DNA from: a virus
Taxonomy: Duplodnaviria > Caudoviricetes
Reading direction: 5' to 3' (one strand)
DNA length: 64,000 nt
Virus record (IMG/VR): IMGVR_UViG_3300001594_000003
Span: 64,001-128,000 of that record
Within the stretch, counting starts at the first letter, position 1. Every line of letters begins with the position of its first letter. Shown one piece after another: positions 48,352 through 57,382 of this stretch. The position numbers and the translations under genes are program-made. The notes below the pieces were generated by a model. The model saw only the letters and a program-made list of their open reading frames with translations, was not told the DNA's origin and did not search any database.

Positions 48352-48593
48352 ACTTCTTCCTCGACTTGATTGCTGGCGAACCACTGTTCGAGCTTGGGAT
48401 TCTCCACAAACAAACGCTTCCGATCAGAATCACGAATCTGACTGAGCGTTTGCAGCAACTCAGTCGGTGCACGCTTCTGCTCACTGGCAGTCGCTTTGTC
48501 CGCCAGAATCTTCTTTGGATAATCAGGCACTTTGCGGCCGAGGCGAGTTTTGGTCCAGATCAGAAGGTTAGCCGCTTGTTTGGTGTTGCTCAT
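48348..48593 (-). CDS. Hypothetical protein
   Basis: Start MSNTK after AGGAG. Confidence 0.65.
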   Translation of the reverse strand: MSNTKQAANLLIWTKTRLGRKVPDYPKKILADKATASEQKRAPTELLQTLSQIRDSDRKRLFVENPKLEQWFASNQVEEEV

Positions 48594-48601
48594 TGTAGCT
48601 C

Positions 48602-48829
48602 CTATTCGTAGTATTCTTGGCACGACACACAACGGGTCGCACTTGGCATTGCTTTACGTCGAGCTTTCGGTATACGCCGTCCGCAGTCTTCGCAGAACTC
48701 ACATCCGTTACCGACAAGTTCAAGCCTAACTAGCTCGACTCGTTCATCCACAGTGGCTTGTATCTGTTCCTGAAAATCGTCTTGTGCGCCCCAGCCTTTC
48801 ACTTCATCCCCATGAACGATTCTTGGCAC
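48602..48829 (-). CDS. TraR/DksA C4 zinc-finger protein
   Basis: FCEDCGRRIPKARRKAMPSATRCVSCQ. Confidence 0.85.
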   Translation of the reverse strand: MPRIVHGDEVKGWGAQDDFQEQIQATVDERVELVRLELVGNGCEFCEDCGRRIPKARRKAMPSATRCVSCQEYYE

Positions 48830-49266
48830 ATGGCGTATTCCAACACAACATGCTCGCAGTCAAATCCGCTGCCGTCTGGAAACACACTGCCGATCGCAAG
48901 TCCGCACTCAGTTTTGAGAATGAAGCGGCCGTCACGAAGGTGTTTCGGTACGGGCTTTGCTGCGGATATCCAAGTCAGATGACTAATGGGACCCACTGGC
49001 TCTGCTGAAATTTGCAGATTCACTGTTGAGTGTGACAATTCGTCTTTCGACGTAAGTTGACCACTGTACAGGTCACGCACTAAGTCTTCAGGTTTTTGAA
49101 TGACGGGGCAGCCAGCCTCCTCTAGTGCGTTGTCGATGGCAGTTTCCAGTTTAGCTTTGGTCCTTACGTAGGACTGCCCGTTCATGTGATCAACCAGAAT
49201 CTGATTAATCACGTCCAACTGTTGGCGAGTCAGTTTTTGACCGCGATGAATTAGGCTGAATGTCAT
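48799..49266 (-). CDS. Hypothetical protein
   Basis: ORF track. Confidence 0.65.
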   Translation of the reverse strand: MTFSLIHRGQKLTRQQLDVINQILVDHMNGQSYVRTKAKLETAIDNALEEAGCPVIQKPEDLVRDLYSGQLTSKDELSHSTVNLQISAEPVGPISHLTWISAAKPVPKHLRDGRFILKTECGLAIGSVFPDGSGFDCEHVVLEYAMCQESFMGMK

Positions 49267-49328
49267 AGTAGTTACTCGTTATCTTCGGTTGAATCCAGAT
49301 GCCCACTCAAACAGAATGGGCATGAAGA

Positions 49329-49565
49329 TTACCCCAAATGCAAAGGAACGTTGATACCCATCGCTTCAAGCAACGCACGCGGATCGTGTTGGTCCCAACC
49401 ACGACCAGTGCGAATCTCAGCAGACTCGACGCGATCTACGTTCACCATGAAGTTTGCAAACGCTTCACGGTACTCTGCCTCTGTCTCACCTTCGTTAGGT
49501 TGACGAAACTCGCGCTGCTTGGCACGAAACTTGAGTGAGTCCATATCTGGGAATGACATTGGCAT
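49329..49565 (-). CDS. Hypothetical protein
   Basis: ORF track. Confidence 0.7.
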   Translation of the reverse strand: MPMSFPDMDSLKFRAKQREFRQPNEGETEAEYREAFANFMVNVDRVESAEIRTGRGWDQHDPRALLEAMGINVPLHLG

Positions 49566-49571
49566 TTTGCG

Positions 49572-50063
49572 TTAACCTACGATTGCTTGGTAGTCGAAGT
49601 CAGGATACTTGGCCTTCATTTCACGAAGGGTAGTGCTGAGTTCATTGATTCGAGTGGTGAGAGCCTTCGGAACCTTGACATCCGGATAATCACCTTGAAT
49701 GTCGAGAATGGCATTCCGTTGTTGTTCTGCTTTATTGAGTTCCGCATACAGCGAATCGAGTTGGCTTTCGCTCATAACGTTGTCGATTATCTCCAACGAT
49801 TCTACGATACGCGATGTAGGAATCTCAACGCCTGCGTCACGCAGAAGGGCTGATAGGGAGTCCTTATCTTCTCGCGCCGCATTTATGCTATCGTGCAGAA
49901 CTCGCACAGATTGTCCGAACTGGCTGTTGGCTAACCAGTCCTTGACAGCCTTCATAATCACTTGAAGGTCGTCATGGTCGAGTGGGAGCTTATGTGCCAA
50001 AAACGACTCCAGAGAGTTCAGTTGTGACTTTTTCCGCTTGCCGGGATGAGTTTTAGTTACCAT
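49572..50063 (-). CDS. Hypothetical coiled-coil protein
   Basis: GGAGG RBS. Confidence 0.7.
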   Translation of the reverse strand: MVTKTHPGKRKKSQLNSLESFLAHKLPLDHDDLQVIMKAVKDWLANSQFGQSVRVLHDSINAAREDKDSLSALLRDAGVEIPTSRIVESLEIIDNVMSESQLDSLYAELNKAEQQRNAILDIQGDYPDVKVPKALTTRINELSTTLREMKAKYPDFDYQAIVG

Positions 50064-50073
50064 TGTGTACCTC

Positions 50074-50310
50074 CTAGTAAAAGTTGACGACGCGAACGCT
50101 GCCGTTTAGTAGGCAGTCATCTGGTTTGTGCGTGCACCGTGCGTGCGAATAGCACTTTTTCATAAACTCTTTTACAGCTTTTTGCTTAGCTTCCGGCTCC
50201 TTTAGGTCAATCAGTCCTTCAATCGCGCGAACATCTTCTGCCAAAGCGTTCTCGATTAGAAAAATTTCTGGACCAGAATGATTAGTCCAGAAGATAAGCA
50301 AGTAGTGCAT
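50074..50310 (-). CDS. Hypothetical protein
   Basis: TAATG coupling. Confidence 0.65.
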   Translation of the reverse strand: MHYLLIFWTNHSGPEIFLIENALAEDVRAIEGLIDLKEPEAKQKAVKEFMKKCYSHARCTHKPDDCLLNGSVRVVNFY

Positions 50311-50684
50311 TAGGCGACTCCTAGTTCCTTTAGACGTTCTTCGAGGCGTTCTTCGATAAGTGCCTCAAGTTTGTTTTGACGCTTGGTCTTCTTGGCTTTC
50401 TTAGCCGCTTTGATCTTCTTGCGCATGATCCACTCATGGACAAGCATGCCACATACCCAGCCGAAGGCACTCCCAAGCGCAGTAAAGAAGATGAGTTCTT
50501 TACCAGACTGCGCGATCAATGCGATGACAACACCTTCGAACAATGTCATCGCGCCGCCACAGAAAAATGCTAGTAGCTTGTGGCCGCCCGCTACGTTCTT
50601 GTTCTGAAAACCGCGAAGAAACGTTGTGATGAACATGGCAGTCAATCCGCTGAGAGCCACGATCATACTGCTTGTAAATTCCAT
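50310..50684 (-). CDS. 3-TM membrane protein
   Basis: Three hydrophobic helices, basic tail. Confidence 0.75.
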   Translation of the reverse strand: MEFTSSMIVALSGLTAMFITTFLRGFQNKNVAGGHKLLAFFCGGAMTLFEGVVIALIAQSGKELIFFTALGSAFGWVCGMLVHEWIMRKKIKAAKKAKKTKRQNKLEALIEERLEERLKELGVA

Positions 50685-50753
50685 GTTCGTATTCCTATCA
50701 AGTGCCTTCCGAAAGTGAGAAGTGTGCGTAGTCAGTGGTGTTCATGTTGTTCC

Positions 50754-51059
50754 TCAGAGCGTCTTCGATTCGCTCATTAACTTCAACAGGCTCGGACTGG
50801 ATTTTACAATCGGACTCATTTCCACATCGAAGCGATTACCCGACTTGATTCGCAAAATTCCAATCTGGAACCCAAACTCGTGACTGTAGAACTCAACGAA
50901 GTCGCCTTCGTTACCGTAGCTAATGGCAAGTTGCATCAGACGAGGCACAGCCGTGTCGAAGTATGCAAAGTGACGAGTGAGGATAACCTCTTTCGATTGA
51001 CCGCGATACATTGTAGCTACTACGCGGCGACGATGGTGAACTTCTTTCTTTTCCATCAC
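50754..51059 (-). CDS. Hypothetical protein
   Basis: Coupled overlap. Confidence 0.7.
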   Translation of the reverse strand: MMEKKEVHHRRRVVATMYRGQSKEVILTRHFAYFDTAVPRLMQLAISYGNEGDFVEFYSHEFGFQIGILRIKSGNRFDVEMSPIVKSSPSLLKLMSESKTL

Positions 51060-51514
51060 AGCACCGCCAGTTTTTGTTTGCGAGTTTCATGCTCACGTGC
51101 CGCCTCGATGTTCTGCATCAGATCATACACAAACGGCGCCAGATACGGATCAACCTTCTCCATGGCTTTCCGCGCCTTGAAGAACTTGCGCTCACGCTTG
51201 CCCTCTTCTGGCCAGTCGTGACTCCAACCAGTAAACTGCATGGCATACATGGTGACTTCTTGAATCTGGTTGTTCTTGATGTAACGGTAGCTGCCGAGCT
51301 TCATGCCGACTTTACCGGTAGCACCCGCTTCTTCCCAAACTTCCTTAGCAGCAGACTCGCGCTCGGTAAGATCGATTTCGACGCCGCCTTTCGGGAAGAC
51401 CCACTCCTTGCCACTACTAGACGTGACAAGAAGAATCTCAACGCCGCGCTGAGTAACGTCGAACACTACACAACCGCTAGATTTACGAGTACGCATTAGG
51501 ACTTCCTTATTCAA
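51056..51514 (-). CDS. Nudix hydrolase, paralog of 31099
   Basis: GKEWVFPKGGVEIDLTERESAAKEVWEEAGA. Confidence 0.9.
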   Translation of the reverse strand: MNKEVLMRTRKSSGCVVFDVTQRGVEILLVTSSSGKEWVFPKGGVEIDLTERESAAKEVWEEAGATGKVGMKLGSYRYIKNNQIQEVTMYAMQFTGWSHDWPEEGKRERKFFKARKAMEKVDPYLAPFVYDLMQNIEAAREHETRKQKLAVL

Positions 51515-51516
51515 TG

Positions 51517-51702
51517 TTAGATAACTTCGGGTTCATCGCCGGCGTTTTCTTCATCATCTTCGTAGAGACTGAGGCGCCTATAGTAATAGTCGGCTTGACG
51601 TGCCAACACATCCATTTCTTTTCTCTGGGTGCGAATGTGGAGCTGCTTGATTAGCACAAGCAATACCATTAGAACGCTAAACACAATTAATGCGAAAGTC
51701 AT
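51517..51702 (-). CDS. Small membrane protein
   Basis: N-terminal TM. Confidence 0.65.
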   Translation of the reverse strand: MTFALIVFSVLMVLLVLIKQLHIRTQRKEMDVLARQADYYYRRLSLYEDDEENAGDEPEVI

Positions 51703-51709
51703 GGGATAC

Positions 51710-52183
51710 CTATTCGATTAGGTCGCTTTGATTAGTTAGCGCTTCTGCCAGCGAGTCGAGGAGCACTCGTTTGTTCTCGGCGTTGCTTACGATGCAGTGA
51801 ATAGAAGTAACGTTGTACCGCACGTTAGGCATATTGAACAGCGATCCGTGCAGGCAACCATATTCAAGTCGCAGCGAACAACCAGTCTCATCGTCGAGCT
51901 TTGGTTGGGCTATCTTGCATAATTCCGTGTATATACGAACTGCATGTTCGATACCTTCTACGGTAACAGCTAGGGTCAGGTAGAACTGACTGTCGTCCTC
52001 ATTAGTTTCAACGTGGCTGGCACAACACCACAAAGTTGCAACGCCAGGCAACGCATTCAGCTTCGGCAGAAGATCGACGAACTCAACGTCGCAGTTCGGA
52101 TAGTTTGCTTCCGCAAATGCTGCGGCTCGTTGTGTTGCCAACTGAAAAATCTCAGGTTGAGTAACCAATAGCTGCATATTCAT
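51710..52183 (-). CDS. Hypothetical protein (possible TYW3-like fold)
   Basis: LNALPGVATLWCCASH. Confidence 0.6.
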   Translation of the reverse strand: MNMQLLVTQPEIFQLATQRAAAFAEANYPNCDVEFVDLLPKLNALPGVATLWCCASHVETNEDDSQFYLTLAVTVEGIEHAVRIYTELCKIAQPKLDDETGCSLRLEYGCLHGSLFNMPNVRYNVTSIHCIVSNAENKRVLLDSLAEALTNQSDLIE

Positions 52184-52545
52184 GCTTGGTGTCCTATGTG
52201 CAGACCATTCTTGATGTGGATTTGTTCATAAATTTCACGGCAGTAGATACGAGTGTCAAGAATCTCGACCCTGTAGGTATTGTTGCCGCGCAGCCACGAT
52301 CTGTCTTTGCCAAGACTAAACATGCGTACCATGTTCATGGTCATCTTCTTGGCGTTCAACTCCAACCGAATCAGATGGCGTGCCTCGTTAAGGTCTACCG
52401 AACGCACCTTGGAGACATAAAACTTCTTCGGCTCGGTACTTGTTGCAGCTTCGTACTCAAGCACAAACAAAGACAGCGCCACGTTCTGCGTGACTGGGAT
52501 ACCCGATTTGCGAACTACAGAACCGAACATGCTTTTGACTGTCAT
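52180..52545 (-). CDS. Hypothetical protein
   Basis: ATGA coupling. Confidence 0.65.
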   Translation of the reverse strand: MTVKSMFGSVVRKSGIPVTQNVALSLFVLEYEAATSTEPKKFYVSKVRSVDLNEARHLIRLELNAKKMTMNMVRMFSLGKDRSWLRGNNTYRVEILDTRIYCREIYEQIHIKNGLHIGHQA

Positions 52546-52796
52546 ATCTCACACCTGTTAGTAAGCAGCGACTGGCTGCCGATTTCAATCAAACTGAGAA
52601 GTTCACTGTACCTATCGCCCAACGTTTCTGCGTTCGGGAACGGTATGCCAACCTCTACTCTAATTAGGTCGGAGCGGTCACACAACAACACGCTCCGAAG
52701 TGTGTCACGCTTAATGCCTAGCGCCTTACGACGACAAACAAGAGCAACACCGCGCGCCTTCAACTGCAACATTCGGACGCTAACACTCACTGCCAT
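52542..52796 (-). CDS. XRE-like HTH protein
   Basis: RRKALGIKRDTL..CDRSDLIRVEVG..P. Confidence 0.55.
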   Translation of the reverse strand: MAVSVSVRMLQLKARGVALVCRRKALGIKRDTLRSVLLCDRSDLIRVEVGIPFPNAETLGDRYSELLSLIEIGSQSLLTNRCEI

Positions 52797-52797
52797 T

Positions 52798-53169
52798 TCA
52801 TACCTTCAATACAAAGGGTTTATCGAGTCTATCAAGCAGGATATCTGTTAGTCGAAGCGGTATCACGTCGGACAACATGCCGGTGCGGATCAGCAGCGCT
52901 TCGTTCACAGCGTATGAACTTTCAGGGCCTGTTAAAACGAATTTCCCATGCCGTGTTCGGTGTCGTACAACTATTACGGATTCCGTGTCATTCAAGGATA
53001 CGGACATTGTGTATCCCTGTTCACGAACAGCATCAGCGCGTTTACGAATGTCCAACCGCAAACGAACTTGGTTCACTTCAAACTCACTTCGGTGCCTCAA
53101 CATCCTCTCTACGGTTTGTTTGCCGAAAGTGTTTGCGACGTAGTGGAAATCCTCTTGCGTGTAAGGCAT
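52798..53169 (-). CDS. Hypothetical early protein
   Basis: First gene after promoter 53247; AGGAGAGG RBS. Confidence 0.7.
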   Translation of the reverse strand: MPYTQEDFHYVANTFGKQTVERMLRHRSEFEVNQVRLRLDIRKRADAVREQGYTMSVSLNDTESVIVVRHRTRHGKFVLTGPESSYAVNEALLIRTGMLSDVIPLRLTDILLDRLDKPFVLKV

Positions 53170-53246
53170 CTTGCCTCTCCTTCGCACTAAACCTATCCTA
53201 TTGTTGTAACCACTACAAGTACAGCATGCGAATCCCTTGCACGTCT

Positions 53247-53275
53247 AGTATAACATAGCTGCAAACAGTCGTCAA
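53247..53275 (-). promoter_or_regulatory. Sigma70-type early promoter
   Basis: TTGACG-17-TATACT. Confidence 0.85.
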
Positions 53276-53336
53276 TGTCGATAACGGTTATGTTTTTAGT
53301 TGAGGTATCTATCGTCTATCTGTGGAGCCGCAAACG

Positions 53337-53370
53337 AAAAAGGGCAGCAGTCGTTAAACTGCCACCCTTT
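53337..53370 (-). terminator. Intrinsic terminator
   Basis: AAAGGG..GCAG/CTGC..CCCTTT with U-tract. Confidence 0.7.
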
Positions 53371-53373
53371 GTG

Positions 53374-53559
53374 TTATAGCACGATATCGATGGAATTATC
53401 TTCAAGGTACTGCGGCGATCCGACGTAAAACTCCGGCCCGTAGAAGTTGCAGAAGTCCCAAAGCTGCATCGTCACATAGCCATCTTCGGTGCGTTCGATT
53501 TCGCGCGGAAACTTCAACTTCAACTGCGAGTGCTCGTCTTCGATAAGGCGCTTGGTCAC
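53374..53559 (-). CDS. Hypothetical protein
   Basis: GAGG RBS, GTG start. Confidence 0.65.
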   Translation of the reverse strand: MTKRLIEDEHSQLKLKFPREIERTEDGYVTMQLWDFCNFYGPEFYVGSPQYLEDNSIDIVL

Positions 53560-53632
53560 GGCCTCGCCTTACGCGGTCAGCTTGAACTTGATGGTGGTGT
53601 TCAGGTTTGCGGTGACGTTGTAGTTCGGCATA

Positions 53633-54037
53633 TCAACTCTCCTGCTTGTGAAGGAGTTCATCGACAAATGGAGTATCGAGAAGGCTGTGATACTCCTCGA
53701 CTGCCATGTCAAACAGAAGCGCGACCCACGTTTCAAACTGGTCGAAACGGGTGATCCCAACCATGCCCATGTGCGCAGTGCGATCAAACTGCACACACGT
53801 CGCCAGCAACGTACTGCGTTGGCAGGCGTTGATTGTCTCACGAACCAAACCGTTGATCAATTCGTGATGGGTAATCAAACCCATATCGTACTGGCCGAAC
53901 AGGTCCTTGGCATTAGGAATCAAAACGTCACGCAACTCGTACCCTGCTTCTTTCTTGAGTTCGCTGAACTTGCCAAGATCGAGGTCCTTGTTGGCGTTCG
54001 ACAAGAGAACGTGAATCTGCTTCGCGGAGAAACTCAT
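53633..54037 (-). CDS. Hypothetical protein
   Basis: Start MSFSAK, ATGA coupling. Confidence 0.7.
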   Translation of the reverse strand: MSFSAKQIHVLLSNANKDLDLGKFSELKKEAGYELRDVLIPNAKDLFGQYDMGLITHHELINGLVRETINACQRSTLLATCVQFDRTAHMGMVGITRFDQFETWVALLFDMAVEEYHSLLDTPFVDELLHKQES

Positions 54038-54567
54038 TTCTTCTTCCTTTTGGACGGAGTGTTGAGATTGCACTGAGAGTTGGCAGTGGCTTTCGCCCAC
54101 TCGATGGCGTCGTTCCAGGCCATCGTCAGTAGTACGTAGACAGGCACACGCAAACTTCTAGGTTCCAGTTGCTGACAGGCGTCGTGAATGGAGAGGCGAT
54201 AGAAGCGCGAGTAGTCGATCAGACCAAACCCGATATCCTTCTGCTGGCGCATAGATGCTTTGTTTGCAGCCTCCATGTCGAAGCTGTCTTCGTGAATCTG
54301 TGCAGCCTTTAGGACCAAACGGGCTAGAGCCTCGCACGGACTCTGCGCGTCTCCAGACAAGAATACCAGTTGGTTCTTACCGTTAATGTTTAGTTCGCGC
54401 AACGCAGTGAGAGGCTTCGGCTCGAAGCGATCAGCACCTACAGGCGAACCGACAACTACGGTTGTGTTTGGATTCAGGCTATTGACCTGTTGCAGCAGAT
54501 CGATGACCTGTGCGACGTTGGGTTCTTCTGCAAACTCGGCACGTGGACTATCAGAAACAAAACGCAT
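54034..54567 (-). CDS. Hypothetical protein
   Basis: AAGGAG RBS. Confidence 0.7.
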   Translation of the reverse strand: MRFVSDSPRAEFAEEPNVAQVIDLLQQVNSLNPNTTVVVGSPVGADRFEPKPLTALRELNINGKNQLVFLSGDAQSPCEALARLVLKAAQIHEDSFDMEAANKASMRQQKDIGFGLIDYSRFYRLSIHDACQQLEPRSLRVPVYVLLTMAWNDAIEWAKATANSQCNLNTPSKRKKK

Positions 54568-54577
54568 TGCAGTCTCC

Positions 54578-54844
54578 TTACTTAGGCAATCTTGGGGTAC
54601 GCAGTGGAAGGCGATTCAGCTTCGACATACGCTCTCGGGCCAGCGCTTTAAGTTCGCGCCGTGTGTTCTCTACGCGGATCAACTTAGCGCCCGTTGCCTT
54701 AGCGGTTAGTTCAGCGTACGGACTGTCGTCGGAGTAGCGACGTGCTTCGGATTCGTTGTGTGTCCAACGGTAGTCGGTGCCGAAGCCTGTGCAGTAGCTT
54801 GAACTCAACAGGTACTTGCCACGTTTCTTCAAAATGATGGCCAT
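54578..54844 (-). CDS. Hypothetical basic protein
   Basis: AAGGA RBS. Confidence 0.7.
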   Translation of the reverse strand: MAIILKKRGKYLLSSSYCTGFGTDYRWTHNESEARRYSDDSPYAELTAKATGAKLIRVENTRRELKALARERMSKLNRLPLRTPRLPK

Positions 54845-54852
54845 GCGAGTCC

Positions 54853-55158
54853 TTAGAGTATGTTTGACGAAACTACTTCGAGTCGAACTCCCAGAAGGTC
54901 TACGGTACCGTAGGTAGGTTCGTACTCGTTTCGGTAGACTGGAGTTACGATCAGAAAGTTGCCGTCGCGCATCATAAACAGGCGCCTGTTCTTAGCAACG
55001 CACTCAATGAGGAAGGTGCGAATGGTTTCGGATACCTTAAAAGCAGAACTAAAGTATGCGTGATTGCGCGTCGCTACCAGAACGCTGGCAGCGTGTTTCT
55101 TGCGGATGAAGTCAGCTACTGCCGAACCAAATTCTACAGTGGATGTGACGTTCTTCAT
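54853..55158 (-). CDS. Hypothetical protein
   Basis: Start MKNVT after AAGGA. Confidence 0.65.
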   Translation of the reverse strand: MKNVTSTVEFGSAVADFIRKKHAASVLVATRNHAYFSSAFKVSETIRTFLIECVAKNRRLFMMRDGNFLIVTPVYRNEYEPTYGTVDLLGVRLEVVSSNIL

Positions 55159-55225
55159 GGTGCGGTCCTTGTTAGTGGTATCGGGTACATTCACACTGCC
55201 CACTCAAGAGAATGGGCAGGAGGAA

Positions 55226-55843
55226 TTATCCCAAAGACTCATGCAGATACTTTGAATAAGCATCGCGGCATGGTCTGCAAACATCACGCGGCTGCGCTGC
55301 GCTTCCCTCCTCGAAGTCGCGGTAGGTGAAGCGTTGCTCGACCTGGGCCTTGCAGGTGTCGCAGCGGCCGGGGTTGCGCTTCTCGACGTAGTGGCGTTCG
55401 GTCTTACCTGCGTCGTCGAACACAGGGACCGGGTACGTCTGCCCGCTACCGTCAGTGATAACTGAACCGGCCTCGTTCACGACGAGTTTGTACCACTGCT
55501 CGCGGTCAGTACCCTTAGGTACGCACCACAACACGCCAGCCTCTTTGGCGAACGGGTCGATGTGCGGTTCCTTATCGACGAGTTGGTCGATAGTGACCTC
55601 GTTGTCTTTCGCAAAACGAAAGATCGGAATCCACTCGTTTGTCTCCATGACAAACTTCCAGCGCGACTCAGCCCAGTGTGGCAGCGCCAGCATATCGTGT
55701 TCGCTGATATGCGCGTCCTGGATGTTCTGGCAGATTTCATTCTCCCAGAAAGTCAGGCAAGCCGAATCGCGAAGGTCCAGTTCGTGGACGATTTGCTCGA
55801 AGGTGTAGACTTCATCGCGACGGGGGAAAATGCGCTTAGCCAT
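55226..55843 (-). CDS. Hypothetical protein with C-terminal CxxC/CxxC
   Basis: CDTC..CRPC; GGAG RBS. Confidence 0.75.
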   Translation of the reverse strand: MAKRIFPRRDEVYTFEQIVHELDLRDSACLTFWENEICQNIQDAHISEHDMLALPHWAESRWKFVMETNEWIPIFRFAKDNEVTIDQLVDKEPHIDPFAKEAGVLWCVPKGTDREQWYKLVVNEAGSVITDGSGQTYPVPVFDDAGKTERHYVEKRNPGRCDTCKAQVEQRFTYRDFEEGSAAQPRDVCRPCRDAYSKYLHESLG

Positions 55844-55901
55844 GTTTGTATCTCCATCTTAGTTGCTGCCACGACGAAATGCCGTGGCAGGTGTTGCTTT
55901 G

Positions 55902-56162
55902 TTAAAGAGGCTGCGGTGTTTGCAGCGCGTACTCTACAGGGGCTGCCTGTATGTCATCCGCATGAATGATGCGGGCAACGATGTAAGGCTTTACTGCAAC
56001 TGGACGACTCATGTGATCGAGAGTCGGTGTTTCGGATAGTGCAACCTCCATAACGATCAGGTCCAGCATATCGAGCTTGTTTACAAACTCGGTGATGCTG
56101 ATCATGCCTTCACGAACAAGTTCTGCAATCGGTCCAACCACAGCGTGCGATACTTTAGACAT
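55902..56162 (-). CDS. Hypothetical protein
   Basis: AAGGAG RBS. Confidence 0.7.
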   Translation of the reverse strand: MSKVSHAVVGPIAELVREGMISITEFVNKLDMLDLIVMEVALSETPTLDHMSRPVAVKPYIVARIIHADDIQAAPVEYALQTPQPL

Positions 56163-56171
56163 GGTGACTCC

Positions 56172-57119
56172 TTACTTAGCGATTTTTTCTTGATGGGCCA
56201 TGTAGGCCTCGATTGCATCTTGGGCAGCTTCGCAAACATCATCGGTCATGTACTGCTTGATGTAGGCAATCTGCTGACGATGCGGTGCGTCCTGCTTTTC
56301 AAACAGCTCCAACATGGACTTGAAGCGAAGCGTAGTACCCAGCGAGTGCTTGAAGTTTACCCAGCGACCATCGCTGACCTTGGCGTTCTTCTGACGGAAC
56401 GTTTGGACCGACATGCGACGGGCGTTGTTATCAACGGACAGGGCAATCTCAACAACAGCGCCTGTTTTGTTGGAGAAGAAAAACTTATCGTCTGTTACCT
56501 CCAGCTTCAAGCCGTACTCTTTAGCAAGTTTGCGAACTTCAGGAACGCTAACCAGCTTCTTGGCAGGTGCAGCGCAGGTGGCGTCGTCAATCAGTTCGTG
56601 AACCGTGACAACTTTCTTCGTCTCTACAGTTACAACAGGCTTATCTGCCTTCGCAGGCTTAGCCTTGGCAAAGATGTGATCCACATCGATCAGCACGGTG
56701 TCACGCTTGCTCGGGAACGCAATGTTGCGGTCATAAACAAACTTGGTACCGATCTTGCGAATGCGATGGATCGGGAAGTACATATCAGAGCAGAACACTT
56801 CCAACGTGTTTGCCCGCTCTGGCCAAGTGCTGATGGTCACAATGATGTGATCCATCTGACCATACTTAACCAGCTTGCCGTTATCGCTCGGCAGGTAGAG
56901 GTCTTTACCAACCAACTTAACAGAAGCTGGTTGATCCTTGTGCGTGACAACTTTTTGTCCCTCAGCAAGAAGGTGATTAATGACCAACGCACTGACGATC
57001 TGATTGGCTATAGCTGCTTGTGCCCAGTTCTTTGCAACTGGCTTTACCTTCTTAGCCGCTGGCTTGCGAACATTCTTGGCGGCAGTCTTGGCAACAGTAG
57101 TCTTCTTGGTGATGGTCAT
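56172..57119 (-). CDS. Basic early protein with K/A/P-rich N-terminus
   Basis: KKTTVAKTAAKNVRKPAAKKVKP; first gene after promoter 57214. Confidence 0.8.
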   Translation of the reverse strand: MTITKKTTVAKTAAKNVRKPAAKKVKPVAKNWAQAAIANQIVSALVINHLLAEGQKVVTHKDQPASVKLVGKDLYLPSDNGKLVKYGQMDHIIVTISTWPERANTLEVFCSDMYFPIHRIRKIGTKFVYDRNIAFPSKRDTVLIDVDHIFAKAKPAKADKPVVTVETKKVVTVHELIDDATCAAPAKKLVSVPEVRKLAKEYGLKLEVTDDKFFFSNKTGAVVEIALSVDNNARRMSVQTFRQKNAKVSDGRWVNFKHSLGTTLRFKSMLELFEKQDAPHRQQIAYIKQYMTDDVCEAAQDAIEAYMAHQEKIAK

Positions 57120-57128
57120 GTTAGTAAT

Positions 57129-57381
57129 TCCTTGCAAACTAATTGAGTGAGTGTGAAACCTTAACTAGAGTCGTAACCACTAGCGTGCTAGCTCGGTTTG
57201 GCTCTGTGACTCCAGTATAGCATAGCTGCGAACAGTCGTGCAATGACTATAATGGTTTTTCTTTTAGTTTAGGTATCTGACAGACCGTAACGTGTGGAGT
57301 CTACAGTCTAAAGCGAAGGGCAAAGGTATTTACATAACGCGATCCGCAGACCATAAAAAGGGGACCCGAAGGCCCCCTTGA
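57129..57381 (-). repeat. Terminator-spacer-promoter-leader cassette, copy A
   Basis: About 250 bp similar to 59149-59393; partial copy at 53205-53330. Confidence 0.85.
57214..57243 (-). promoter_or_regulatory. Sigma70-type early promoter
   Basis: TTGCAC-18-TATACT, spacer conserved with other copies. Confidence 0.8.
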
Positions 57382-57382
57382 G

